Source of the DNA: an uncultured delta proteobacterium
GTDB lineage: Bacteria; Desulfobacterota; Binatia; UBA9968
DNA: 64,000 nt
Assembly: GCA_963847445.1 (NCBI GenBank)
Contig: CAWJZV010000046.1
Span: 1 to 64,000 of the forward strand
Direction: 5' to 3'
Shown here: positions 21,073-31,381 of the stretch, piece after piece
Layout: the number at the start of each line of letters is the position of its first letter
Position numbering within the stretch: the stretch's first letter is position 1
Position numbers and translations under genes: made by a program
The notes under the pieces: generated by a model
What the model was told of the DNA's origin: nothing
What the model saw: the letters and a program-made list of their open reading frames with translations, nothing else
Databases searched by the model: none

Positions 21073-21548
21073 GTGCCGGTTCGCTGCGACGGCGCGAGCT
21101 TCGCCGAATTAAATAGTTCGTTCAAGATTTTGTGGCGATAGTCAAAGATTCGCTCAATATCGGGAGCGACCAGAAACTTCTGCACGATGCGTCCGCCGGG
21201 GACGGCATATTCGACGTTGTCGCCGACCAAAGTGCCATTGTCGCGTTCCTCGAAGGTATGTTCGTGAATCCAGAGAGAGTAGGGGCCTTTGGTTTGCCGG
21301 TCGACAAAACGATACGGTGGTTCCCAGACGGCGATCTCGCTTTGCCAGCGAATCGGCATGCCGCGAATGCGCAGCCGATAGTCTAACAGCGCTCCCTGCT
21401 TTATTCGGCTCGTCGCCGGCGTCAGAATCTCGAAGCTGAGCCATGCCGGCGTGAGGCGATCGAGATTGTCGGGGTTGGAGAAGAACTCGAAATATTTTGA
21501 CGCGTGGTTGCGGCAGCCAAAGCTTTTTCTCAGCCAGTAGGTCTTCAT
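21069..21548 (-). CDS. SRPBCC/START-like ligand-binding protein
   Basis: FFSNPDNL..LTP, FVDRQTKGPY..WIHEH, IFDYRH. Confidence 0.85.
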   Translation of the reverse strand: MKTYWLRKSFGCRNHASKYFEFFSNPDNLDRLTPAWLSFEILTPATSRIKQGALLDYRLRIRGMPIRWQSEIAVWEPPYRFVDRQTKGPYSLWIHEHTFEERDNGTLVGDNVEYAVPGGRIVQKFLVAPDIERIFDYRHKILNELFNSAKLAPSQRTGT

Positions 21549-21584
21549 GATAGTTTTTGTTAGCCCTCGAGCAAGTCCTGTCGC

Positions 21585-22552
21585 TCAGACATGGTTTCGC
21601 AGCATCAGTTCTTTAGGATTGGGTTCCAGGTAAAGCTGTCCTTGCAGGTATGCAACTTGGTATTTTCTCGTGTAGTGGCGGATCATTGTAATCGGCGCGA
21701 TCAACGGGATGAGCTGGCGGCGGAAGTCGCCGATTAGTTGGACCAGTTCTTGTCGCTCGGTGGCGGTCACCTGCTTGGAGAAGTAGCCCATCATGTGGTC
21801 CAGGACATTGGCATGGGTCTTCGCGGTCGCGTGAACGGCTAACGCCTCCATAAAAACCCGGCCGTAGTCATCGTATACCGCGGCAAGAGATCTTTGTTTT
21901 GCTGCCGCCACCAGGCGACCGAGTTGGCGATAGTGACGCTCGCTGTGCGCCAGCAATAAAAATTTGTGGCTGGTGTGAAAGCGCACCAGCGCCCCGAGCG
22001 GAGCTACGCGCCGAAGTTGCGTGCTGCCAGCGATGGTAGGCGAAGACTCTCTCGATGAAGTTTTCTCTAAGCTTTAAGATCGTTCAGCCGGCCCTCTTCT
22101 TCGACCGGCAAGAGCGGCCAGCGTTGCATGACCGCCGCGGCGAAAAGGCCGCGGCCTTGCCGCGCCGCCATGCCTTCTGGACATTATAGACTTTGACGCG
22201 CTCCATGCCGCAGCTGGGCGAGTTTTTCTTGAATACATAGCCCGATAATTGCTTGTTCAGCGATGTCGCGCACGCGCTTCGCGGCAAAGTCATGCATCGC
22301 CTCGGTCCAGTCTTGGCCGGACTTCTCTGCGATCATTCGCGGATGGTTCGGTGTGCCGACTAACCGCACGGTCTCGCGCGGCACGCCCATGCCGACTTCG
22401 ACTTCCGGACAGATCGGCACCCAGTCGACGAATTTGCCGAAAAGATCGGTGAGAAAGCGGTCGCGTTTGTGGCCGCCGTCGAAACGAACCTTTTGCCCAA
22501 GCAGACAGGCGCTGATCCCGAGTCTTCGGTTTAGTTGTGAAATTTTTTTCAT
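21585..22552 (-). CDS. DUF523 (thiouracil desulfidase-like) plus DUF1722 (YbgA-like) fusion; frameshifted
   Basis: GISACLLGQKVRFDGGH, CPEVEVGMGVPRE, KKNSPSCG, FHTSHK, HMMGYF, PKELMLRNHV. Confidence 0.88.
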
Positions 22553-22651
22553 GACAATGTTGATTATTGATAACATTTTCGATAGTAAACGTCAACTATA
22601 TCTTACTTGAATGGAAGTTCTTAGCTGTTCTGAGAGCGGGATTGCAACAGG

Positions 22652-23560
22652 ATGAAAATCGTACTTACCGGCGCCACGGGCATGATCGGTTCGTTTTTGA
22701 CCGAGCGGTTGTCGAAGAGTCATCACTCGGCTTGGTCTTGCTTGAGCCGCAGACCACCAGCGGAAGTTAGCGTGGCGAAAAAACAGTGGTTGGCGTGGCA
22801 GCCGGGTGCCAGCGGCGAGTGGGAGCGGGCCATCGACGGTGCCGATGCGGTGATCAATCTTGCGGGTGAGCCGATCGCTGGCAAGCGATGGACTCCCAAG
22901 CAAAAGGAAATTCTGCGCTCGAGCCGCATCGATGGGACCCAAGCGTTGGTGGATGCCATCGCTAAGGCCCAGGTCAAACCGAAAGTAATGATCAGCGCAT
23001 CGGCAGTGGGCTACTACGGTCCCCATGGCGATGAAGCTTTGAATGAAGACAGCAAACCCGGCGACGATTTTCTCGCGCGCCTGTGCGTCGATTGGGAAGC
23101 GCAAGCGCAGAAGGCGGAATCGCTTGGTGTGCGGGTTTGCTTGTTGCGCACGGGCATTGTCTTGGCTAAAGGCGAGGGTGCGTTAAAAAAGATGGTGCCG
23201 CCGTTCAAAATGTTTACCGGCGGGCCGCTCGGTTCGGGCCGGCAGTGGATGCCGTGGATTCATATAGACGATGAGGTCGGATTGATTCAGTTCCTAATCG
23301 AGAACGAGAACGGGCGCGGCGCATTTAATGGCACTGCGCCCAATCCGGTGACCATGGCAGAGTTTTCCAAGACTCTGGGTGGCGTATTGAACCGGCCGTC
23401 GTGGGCCAGGGTGCCGCCATTTGTGCTGGCGCTGATGGTCGGTGAGATGGCGGAGATGTTGCTGAACGGCCAGCGAGCGATTCCCGAGGCGGCGATCAAG
23501 CTCGGTTTCAAATTCAAATATCCGAATCTTAAGCCGGCCTTGGAGTCGTTGGGGCTTTAG
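22652..23560 (+). CDS. TIGR01777-family oxidoreductase (YfcH-like)
   Basis: TGATGMIG, INLAGEPI, SASAVGYYG, GSGRQWMPWIH. Confidence 0.92.
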   Translation: MKIVLTGATGMIGSFLTERLSKSHHSAWSCLSRRPPAEVSVAKKQWLAWQPGASGEWERAIDGADAVINLAGEPIAGKRWTPKQKEILRSSRIDGTQALVDAIAKAQVKPKVMISASAVGYYGPHGDEALNEDSKPGDDFLARLCVDWEAQAQKAESLGVRVCLLRTGIVLAKGEGALKKMVPPFKMFTGGPLGSGRQWMPWIHIDDEVGLIQFLIENENGRGAFNGTAPNPVTMAEFSKTLGGVLNRPSWARVPPFVLALMVGEMAEMLLNGQRAIPEAAIKLGFKFKYPNLKPALESLGL

Positions 23561-23605
23561 CAATTTGAGTCCATTGTGCGAATCTCGATCAGTTTTATTT
23601 AGGCA

Positions 23606-24532
23606 TTGAATATGGCCGTTACCTTGGAAAAATCTGCTGCCGATACGAGCGCCGAATATTTTGACGCAAAGCAAAAGCGCTTGGCCCACGCGATTGTCAA
23701 CGGCGATCACGAGAGCGCCGAGCAGGTCACGGGCGAACTTATATCGGCGCAGCAGACGCTCGGCGATATTTATCTCCAAGTTGTCACCCCGGCGCTCCAG
23801 GGTGTCGGCGAGTCATGGTGCCGTGGCGATATCGGCGTCGGTGAACAGAAACTGGCGACGGAGATCGTGATCGGCCAGATGGACCGCCTGCGCGCGCACT
23901 TTGCGCCTCCAGCTAGGCGCTCGCTTTACCGCGTAATGGTAGCCTGCATCGAAGGCGAGCAACATTTCATCGGCGCGCGCATGACGGCCGACCTGTGCGG
24001 CGCACGCGGCTGGAACGTCGACTTTCTCGGTCCCAATGTGCCCAACGCAAGCGCTCGTCGATATGGTTCATCGGCGTCACCCGCAGGTGGTCGGGCTGTC
24101 GGTGACGATGGCGCACGGGGATTGAACATGTTCGTTGGGTGGTCGGTGAGTTAGCAAAGTCGGCGCCCGATGTCCGGATGGTCATTGGCGGACAGGCGAT
24201 GGTCGACAATTCCAGCGTGAAAAATCTTAGCCGGCGTTGTGAGATTGCTAAGGATATTCATTACCGGTGTCGGTTTGATCGGCCGGCTGTTGCGCGCCGA
24301 TCGGCCCAAGTCAGTGCTCAAAGAATATCAAATGGTGCTGGCGCGCCGCGTGCGCGATTTGCGGACAAAACGGGGATGGACTCAAGAGCATTTGGCCGAG
24401 GTGACTCAGGTGGCGCGCGCCTGCATCATCGCCGTCGAAGGCGGCAAGCAAAACGTTTCCATGGATATTCTGGTGCGCATGGCCAACGCGTTGGAAGTGC
24501 CGCCGGAGACATTGTTGTCAGCGGACGGGTGA
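23606..24532 (+). CDS. Cobalamin-binding domain protein (four-helix cap plus Rossmann fold) with probable C-terminal XRE HTH; CarH/LitR-like regulator; frameshifted
   Basis: GESWCRGDIGVGEQK, EGEQHFIG (ExH), FLGPNVP, VVGLS, IGGQA; then RVRDLRTKRGWTQEHLAE...VEGGKQNVSMDILVRMANALEV. Confidence 0.8.
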
Positions 24533-24558
24533 GTTCTGCTCATAAGGGGAGAGATAGG

Positions 24559-25684
24559 ATGAAGCATCAAGGATTGACGATGTACAGCGGCATCGACACT
24601 GGCCAAGCGGCGTATCGCGCCGGTATCAGATGACAAGCCGAGCCGGCTATCCAGTGGCGCCGGCACTGAAGCAGTGATGTTTGCCGATGGCCGTTGACGG
24701 AGCTTCTCGGCATCGATCACAGCGCCGCGGTGGAAAGTGCCCTGCGGCAAGCGTTGCTCGACCCTGTGGCATCGCTTACGGCCAATCCGGGCAAGCGTAT
24801 CCGGGCGCAACTCGTGGCGATGACCTATCGTCTGTTTCACGATGACCGCGCGGTGTCGTTGACCGCAGCGAAGCAGTGCCGGGATTGCGCTGAGGTCGTT
24901 GAGCTGATGCACGCCGGTTCACTGATTGTCGATGACATCGAAGATAGCAGCGAGATGCGCCGCGGGCGGCCGGCACTGCATGCGCAGTACGGAGTTCCGC
25001 TGGCGCTCAACGCGGGTAATTGGCTCTACTTTTGGCCGTTCGAGCTGCTCAAAGACGCCGGCTTCGCGGCTGAACACATGGCGTGCCTGTATGAGCGCTA
25101 TAACCGCACGCTGTTGCGCGCCCACTTCGGCCAAGGTCTCGATCTTGGCGCCAAGGTGCCGCAGTTGCCGCAGCAGGTCGGTGGCGGAAGTGTGTCTGGC
25201 CGGGATGACTCTCAAGACCGGCGCTTTGATGGGGTTCGCGGCGGCGCTGGGCGGAACTGTGGCAGGCAAACCCCAGCGCGTGATTGAATCGCTCGATGCC
25301 TTTGGCGTCGACCTTGGCATCGCATTGCAAATGTACGATGACCTGGGAAATGTCATCGGCAAATGCGATCCGCAAAAGCGTTTTGAAGACCTATCGCTAT
25401 CGCGCCCTTCTTGGGTGTGGGCTTGCGCGGCAAATGCAACCGATGCTTATGAGTACGAAACGTTTCTCCATGCTGTCGCCGAGTTACCCAACGCCAAGTC
25501 GTTGGAAAGCTGGATCGCCTCTCATGATCTCATCCCAATGACCCGCGCCAGCGCGCGCCAGCATCTGGATCGTGCCTTCGATAGGCTGAAACAGCGCCTG
25601 TGCGAGTCGGACATAGCTTGGTCATCGCGAGCCCTTCACGAACTGCGCCAGTTGGGCGAGGAGATTGCGGTCGCTTATGGATAA
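24559..25684 (+). CDS. crtE: Polyprenyl (geranylgeranyl) diphosphate synthase; frameshifted
   Basis: GKRIR, ELMHAGSLIVDDIEDSSEMRRG, GQGLDL, KTG, QMYDDL; directly upstream of crtI. Confidence 0.8.
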
Positions 25685-27223
25685 GCCGCGCGTCGCAGTC
25701 ATCGGCAGCGGCTTCGGCGGTCTTGCGGCCGCCATTCGCCTGCAAGCGGCTGGCTGCCACACTATTATCTTTGAAAAGCGCGATCAGCCTGGCGGCCGCG
25801 CCTATGTCTACCGCGATAACGGTTTTACCTTCGATGCCGGCCCAACGGTCATCACCGCACCGCAGTGTCTCGAAGAGCTGTTCACGGTCGCCGGCAAATC
25901 GATGCAAGATTACGTCGAGCTGATGCCGGTCAAGCCGTTTTACCGTTTGTTCTGGGACGATGGTTACCAGTTCGATTACTCGGATGACGATAACGCGCTG
26001 GAGAAACAAATTCGCGCCAAGTCGCCGGCCGATTGGGCGGGTTATCAAAGATTCTTAAAATACTCGCAAGAAGTCTTTCGTGAAGGTTACGAAAAGCTGG
26101 TTCATGTACCGTTCTTAAGTCTTTCGAGCATGGTCGGCGGTGGCACCGCAGTTAGTCCGACTCGAAGCTTACCGCTCGGTCTACAGCGTGGTCGCCAAAT
26201 ATATTCGCGATCCCCATCTGCGCCAGCTGTTTAGTTTCCATTCGCTCTTAGTCGGTGGCAATCCATTTACCACGACGTCGATTTACACGCTGATTCATTG
26301 CCTCGAGCGCAAGTGGGGAGTTTATTTCCCCAAAGGGTGGCACCGGCAATCTGGTTTGGGCGCTGGTGAAATTATTCCAGGAGCTGGGCGGTGAGATTCG
26401 CTTCAACAGTGAGATTGCGCGGATCGTCACCCGCGACGGCGTGGTGACGGGTCTGCAAACCAACACCGGCCGAGAAGAAAGATTCGATCTGGTCGTGAGC
26501 AATGCCGATGTGGTCCACACCTACGATTGGCTGCTCAAAGACGAACCGCGTGCGGCCGCGACAGCGCGACAGCTTGGGAAGAAAAAATACAGCATGTCGC
26601 TGTTTCTCATTTACTTCGGCACCAAGCGGAAATATCCCAACTTGCAGCACCATAACGTCATCTTCGGACCGCGCTACCGTGAGCTCTTGGGCGATATTTT
26701 TGAACGTGGCAGGCTGGCCGACGATTTTTCGCTTTATCTGCACGCGCCGACGCGTTCCGATCCGACGCTGGCGCCGCCGGGCTGCGACGCCTTCTACGTG
26801 CTCTCGCCGGTGCCGCATCTGGGTAAGCTTGCGATCGATTGGAAAGTCGAGGGGCCAGCGTTACGCGGCAAAGATTTTAAAGTATTTGGAGCAGCGCTAC
26901 ATGCCTGGGTCTCGACTGCGTCGATCGTCACGCAGAGAATTTTTACCCCGGCCGATTTTAAGAGTGAGCTCAACGCCCATCTTGGCTCGGCATTTTCCTT
27001 GGAGCCGCGTCTGATGCAGAGCGCCTATTTTCGCGTGCACAATCGCGACCGAAATATTCGCGGTCTTTATTTCGTCGGCGCCGGCACGCATCCGGGCGCC
27101 GGCATTCCCGGGGTGGTCAATTCCGGCAAGGCGACGGCCAATTTGATTCTTGAAGATCATGAAATCCGTATTGGCAAGATCGGCTGTCAAAACGACGGAA
27201 GTGTCCTATGCCTGATGCGCTAA
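25677..27223 (+). CDS. crtI: Phytoene desaturase; frameshifted
   Basis: VIGSGFGGL, FDAGPTVIT, FHSLLVGGNPF, SAFSLEP.L.QSAYFR.HNRD, GAGTHPGAGIPGV. Confidence 0.95.
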
Positions 27224-28165
27224 CCCCGGAAGTGCGCGCGGCGCTCGATGATTGCCGCGATATCATCACCAAGGGCTCGAAGAGCTTCTCCCTGGCCGCA
27301 AAGCTTTTCGATGCTGCAGACGCGCGACGCGGCGGTGTTTCTCTACGGCTGGTGCCGCTACTGCGACGATCAAGTCGATGATGCCGGCAAAGCGGATGAT
27401 CGGGTTGAGCTTGGAAGCGCAGGCTTAAGGCCCTTAAAGAGAAAACCGCTTCGGCTTTCTCGTTTGCGCCGCAGCAAGAACCGGTGTTTATCGCGCTGCA
27501 ACATATCGTGCATCGCTATGGCATACCGGCGCACTACGCGCTCGAATTGATCGAAGGCATGGCGATGGATGTGCGCGGGACTCGATACCGGACTTTGCGC
27601 GATCTCTTGCTCTACTGTTACCGGGTTGCCGGTACTGTCGGTTTAATGATGTCCCATGTGATGGGGTTGCGCGACGAAAGCGCGCTGCGAAACGCCGCCG
27701 ATCTTGGTATTGCCATGCAGCTCACCAATATCGCTCGCGACATCACTGAGGACGCCGGGATGGGGCGCATCTATCTGCCGCTGGCCTGGCTCGATGAAGC
27801 AAAAATTCCTCCTGATCAAATCAGCGCGCCGGAGAATCGTGACAAGTTGGCGATGTTGACCCTGCGTCTGCTCAACGAAGCGGATCGTTACTATCGATCG
27901 GGCGATGCCGGCTTGTGGCATTTGTCGTTTCGTTCAGCCTGTGCGGTGTCGGCGGCGCGCCATGTTTATTCCGAAATCGGTGCGCTGCTGGTTAAACGCG
28001 GGGCGCGAGCTTGGGATCAACGCACCTATGTTACCGGAGCGCGCAAGATTTGGGTGGTCGCTGCGTGGCGTCTTGAGTCTCGTGCGCTCGGCGCCGGCGC
28101 GGCTGTTTCAACCCTGGTCGCCTGGCGCGTTGAGAACCATCTGGAAGTATTCCAATGTTCAATGA
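27208..28165 (+). CDS. crtB: Phytoene synthase; frameshifted
   Basis: GSKSFSLA, LYGWCRYCDD, YCYRVAGTVGLM, LGIAMQLTNIARDI.EDA..GRIYLP. Confidence 0.93.
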
Positions 28166-28216
28166 GATCAATCTTGACACGACATGCCGGCAACCGAACG
28201 GATGTGGCGGAATCCA

Positions 28217-29497
28217 ATGAGCCGTTGCGAAGTTGATTTAAAACGCCGGCGGGTTGTCGTCACCGGGGTCGGTGTCGTGAGCCCGAACGGTATGGGTGCC
28301 GATGCCTATCAAGATTCTCTGCGGCGAGGTAGCAGTGGTATCGATACGATCTCCAGCTTCGATGCAGGCGCACTTTCTTGCCGTGTCGCCGGCGAGGTTC
28401 GGAATGTTGAGGCGGAGAATGTCCTGTCCGCCAAAGATATCAAACGCACCGGTCGCGCCGTGCATCTGGCGGTCGCCGCCGCGCAGGAAGCGCTGCGCCG
28501 CGCCCGAGTTTGTCCGGCAGCCATGAGCTTGGCGGAGAAACAGTCCTGGGGCGTGATCCTTGGCAGCGGCGGCGGCACAGCCGACTTCGTCGAGGAACAG
28601 TATCGTCTCTACTACAGCGATCAGTTGCGCAAAATCAGCGCCTACAATGTGTCGAGTTCGACCATCGGCTCGCTCTCGAGCGAGATTTCGATCCATTTTG
28701 GTTTTCATGGACCGAGCCATGTAATTTCCACCGGCTGCACCAGCTCCACCGACGCTCTCGGCTACGCCTTTAATCAAATCCGTTTCGGCTTGGCCGATCA
28801 TCTTGTCACCGGTGGCGCCGACGCGACGATTACGCCGGCGATCATGCAGGGGTTCTGTGTCATGCAAGCGGTGTCGACATCGCACAACGACGAGCCGGCA
28901 CGGGCGTCGCGGCCGTTCGACCGGAGCCGGGACGGATTTGTCCTCGGCGAGGGCGCGTGGATTTTGATTCTCGAGGAGCGCGAGTTGGCGCTGAGCCGCG
29001 GTGCAACGATCTATGCCGAGGTGCGCGGTTATGCCTCGACATGCGACGCTTATCACCGTGTCCGACTCGAGCCGAGCGGCGAGGAGCCCGCCCGGGCGAT
29101 GAGCTTGGCGATCGAAGATGCGCGGCTGGCCAAAGACGAAGTCGGTTACATTGCGCTGCACGGCACCGCAACAGTTCTGAATGATAAAACGGAGACCCGC
29201 GCGACCAAGTTATGCTTCGGCAAACGGGCCCGTGAGTTGCCGATGAGTTCGGTCAAGTCGATGATCGGCCATCCTCAAGGGGCATCGGGCGCGGCGGGCG
29301 TCATCGCCGCGATCTGTGGTATGAATGGCGGCTTCTTGCCGCCGACGATCAATCTGGATGAGTCCGATCCGGAGTGCGATCTCAATTACATTCCCAATCA
29401 GAGCATCGCCAAAGCCACCGATATCGCGCTCTGTAATTGCATCGGTTTCGGTTCGAAGAACTCCGCCTTAGTCATCGAGCGTGGAGCGATGGCATGA
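28217..29497 (+). CDS. Beta-ketoacyl-ACP synthase (FabF/KAS II-like paralog)
   Basis: VVVTGVG, STGCTSSTDA (active Cys), RPFDRSRDGFVLGEG, HGTAT, KSMIGH, GFG. Confidence 0.9.
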   Translation: MSRCEVDLKRRRVVVTGVGVVSPNGMGADAYQDSLRRGSSGIDTISSFDAGALSCRVAGEVRNVEAENVLSAKDIKRTGRAVHLAVAAAQEALRRARVCPAAMSLAEKQSWGVILGSGGGTADFVEEQYRLYYSDQLRKISAYNVSSSTIGSLSSEISIHFGFHGPSHVISTGCTSSTDALGYAFNQIRFGLADHLVTGGADATITPAIMQGFCVMQAVSTSHNDEPARASRPFDRSRDGFVLGEGAWILILEERELALSRGATIYAEVRGYASTCDAYHRVRLEPSGEEPARAMSLAIEDARLAKDEVGYIALHGTATVLNDKTETRATKLCFGKRARELPMSSVKSMIGHPQGASGAAGVIAAICGMNGGFLPPTINLDESDPECDLNYIPNQSIAKATDIALCNCIGFGSKNSALVIERGAMA

Positions 29498-30201
29498 AGC
29501 GAAGTTACGACAAAGAGATGATGGATTTCACCGGCAATAGCCCGGTGCTCCTGGCGGATGATCTGCGCAACTTGCGCCTGCTCAACCGATACCTACGCGG
29601 TTCGCACAGCGTCATGCTGGCGCTCTGGCGGGTGCTTGGAAGCGAGCCGCTCAAACCAGTTGTCTATTCTCGACGTCGGCACGGGGAGCGCCGATATCCC
29701 GGCGGCGATTTACGCCAGGGCGAGGCGGAGCGACATGTCGCCGCCACGATTTTCGACATCGAAGCCGACCCGATAACGGCGCGCATTGCAGCCCATCGAA
29801 CCCAGCAGCACGCTGAGATCAAGATTATTCAAGGCGACGCCGGCGCGCCGCCGTTTTCCCCCGGCTCTTTCGATTTCGTCGTCGCATCGCAGTTTCTCCA
29901 TCACTTTTCCGAAGCGAAAATAATCGATCTGATAACGCAATGGGCCAAGCTTGCCCGGCGCGCCATCATCATCAGCGATCTGGTGCGACATCCCCTCGCC
30001 TATTATGGCATCCGTTGGCTGACGCAGCTGACGACGCGCAACCTAATGACACTCACCGATGCGCCGCTGTCGGTGCGGCGTGCGTTCACGTTCAATGAAT
30101 GGCGTGAGTTGTTGTACCAAGCCGACGTTGGATCGGTGGAAATATTTTCGGTGTTTCCCTTTCGTATGGCTGCGGTGGTGCGGCTGGGAGGCCGTCAATG
30201 A
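29494..30201 (+). CDS. Class I SAM-dependent methyltransferase; frameshifted
   Basis: E.MD...L.LLNRYL.G, ILDVGTGSADIP (alternate frame), FLHHF, DAPLSVRRAF. Confidence 0.85.
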   Translation: MKRSYDKEMMDFTGNSPVLLADDLRNLRLLNRYLRGSHSVMLALWRVLGSEPLKPVVYSRRRHGERRYPGGDLRQGEAERHVAATIFDIEADPITARIAAHRTQQHAEIKIIQGDAGAPPFSPGSFDFVVASQFLHHFSEAKIIDLITQWAKLARRAIIISDLVRHPLAYYGIRWLTQLTTRNLMTLTDAPLSVRRAFTFNEWRELLYQADVGSVEIFSVFPFRMAAVVRLGGRQ

Positions 30202-30350
30202 AGGAGTGTGACGTCGCCGTTGTCGGTGCCGGACCCGCGGGTTGTGCTACGGCGATCTCCCTGGCGCAACGCGGCTTTCAGGTCGCGCTGATCGACCGCG
30301 CGATATTTCCGCGCGATAAATTGTGCGGCGATGCCTCTACGAAGGTGTGA
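30198..30350 (+). pseudogene. 5' stub of an FAD-dependent oxidoreductase (geranylgeranyl reductase-like); not in the ORF track
   Basis: Translates MKECDVAVVGAGPAGCATAISLAQRGFQVALIDRAIFPRDKLCGD, then stops at 50 aa with no recognisable continuation. Confidence 0.8.
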
Positions 30351-30493
30351 AGCTGACAGCGGGTCAGAATCAATCGCGGCGCCGGCGTTTGGACATGAAT
30401 TCCGGCGGCGATCGAGTTTCTGCGGTTAGCCCGGTGTGTCTGCGGTCCGCTGCTGTGATTGATGAGGGTTTAAATTCATTTGGAGGAGCAACG

Positions 30494-31381
30494 ATGCACT
30501 TCGTCGCATGGGGTTTTTTAGTTTTACAGGCGCTGATCGTGGTCGCGAGCTTGTTGGGTTACGGGATTTTTACTTCGCGTCCCGATCTGTTGATGCAGGT
30601 CGATCCCCAAGCGCGTTTCTTTACCTGGGCGTTTCACGGTTTCGCCGTCGGCAATATGCTTTTCGGCGGTCTTGCGGTGGTGGCCGACGCCTTGCTCAGA
30701 AATCGCCTCGCGGCGTTATACGCTTTTGCTCGCCGTTTATGCGGTGAGTTTGGCGAGCGAACTCATGGGCACCGGCTGGGGCGTGCCGTTCGGGCCATAC
30801 TCTTATACCAGCTCTGCTCGGTCCCAAGTGGTTCGAGCTTGTGCCGCTGTTGATTCCGCTCAGTTGGTTCACCATGAGTTGGGCTTGCTGGACGATGGCT
30901 CTGCCAGCATCGTTCGGGTGTCATCGCGATCATGCTCGCTACGGTCTTGTTGGTTTCTTGGGATCTGCTGCTCGACCCGGCGATGAGCAAGGTAACCAGT
31001 TATTGGGTCTGGGGTGAAACGGGGAGCTACTACGGCATGCCGTGGATGAATCTCTTCGGTTGGGGTGTCACTGGATTGGTGCTGTTTATCGTTCTCAACC
31101 GACTGGTGGCGCGACCGCAGACTTCGATGCGTTTCGCCCTGTGGGTCTACGGAGTCAATTTCGCATTCCCCCTGGGATTTTGCATTCTCAATCAGTACTG
31201 GATCGCGGTGGGCGCCGGAGTCGGCGGCTTGTTAGCTCGGCTGGTTCGCCTGTGGGGCATCTTTGGCTGCCAACGATCGAGTCGGATATTCGGCAAAAAA
31301 TGCTCATCTGCAAAAACTTTAAGCTCGATCTTGGCAAATACTGCACAGCATGATTTGAAGACTTGCGCCGGTCGATGTTAG
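30494..31381 (+). CDS. cruF: Carotenoid 1,2-hydratase, CruF-like (DUF422); frameshifted, end approximate
   Basis: Multi-TM; ELMGTGWGVPFGPYSY, VPLLIPLSW, WDLLLDPAM, YYGMPWMNLFGW; GGAGGA RBS. Confidence 0.8.

Noticed and set aside
22553-23605. Cobalamin riboswitch or canonical CarH direct-repeat operator
   Set aside because: The intergenic gaps are too short for a riboswitch and show no convincing 11-bp tandem repeats.
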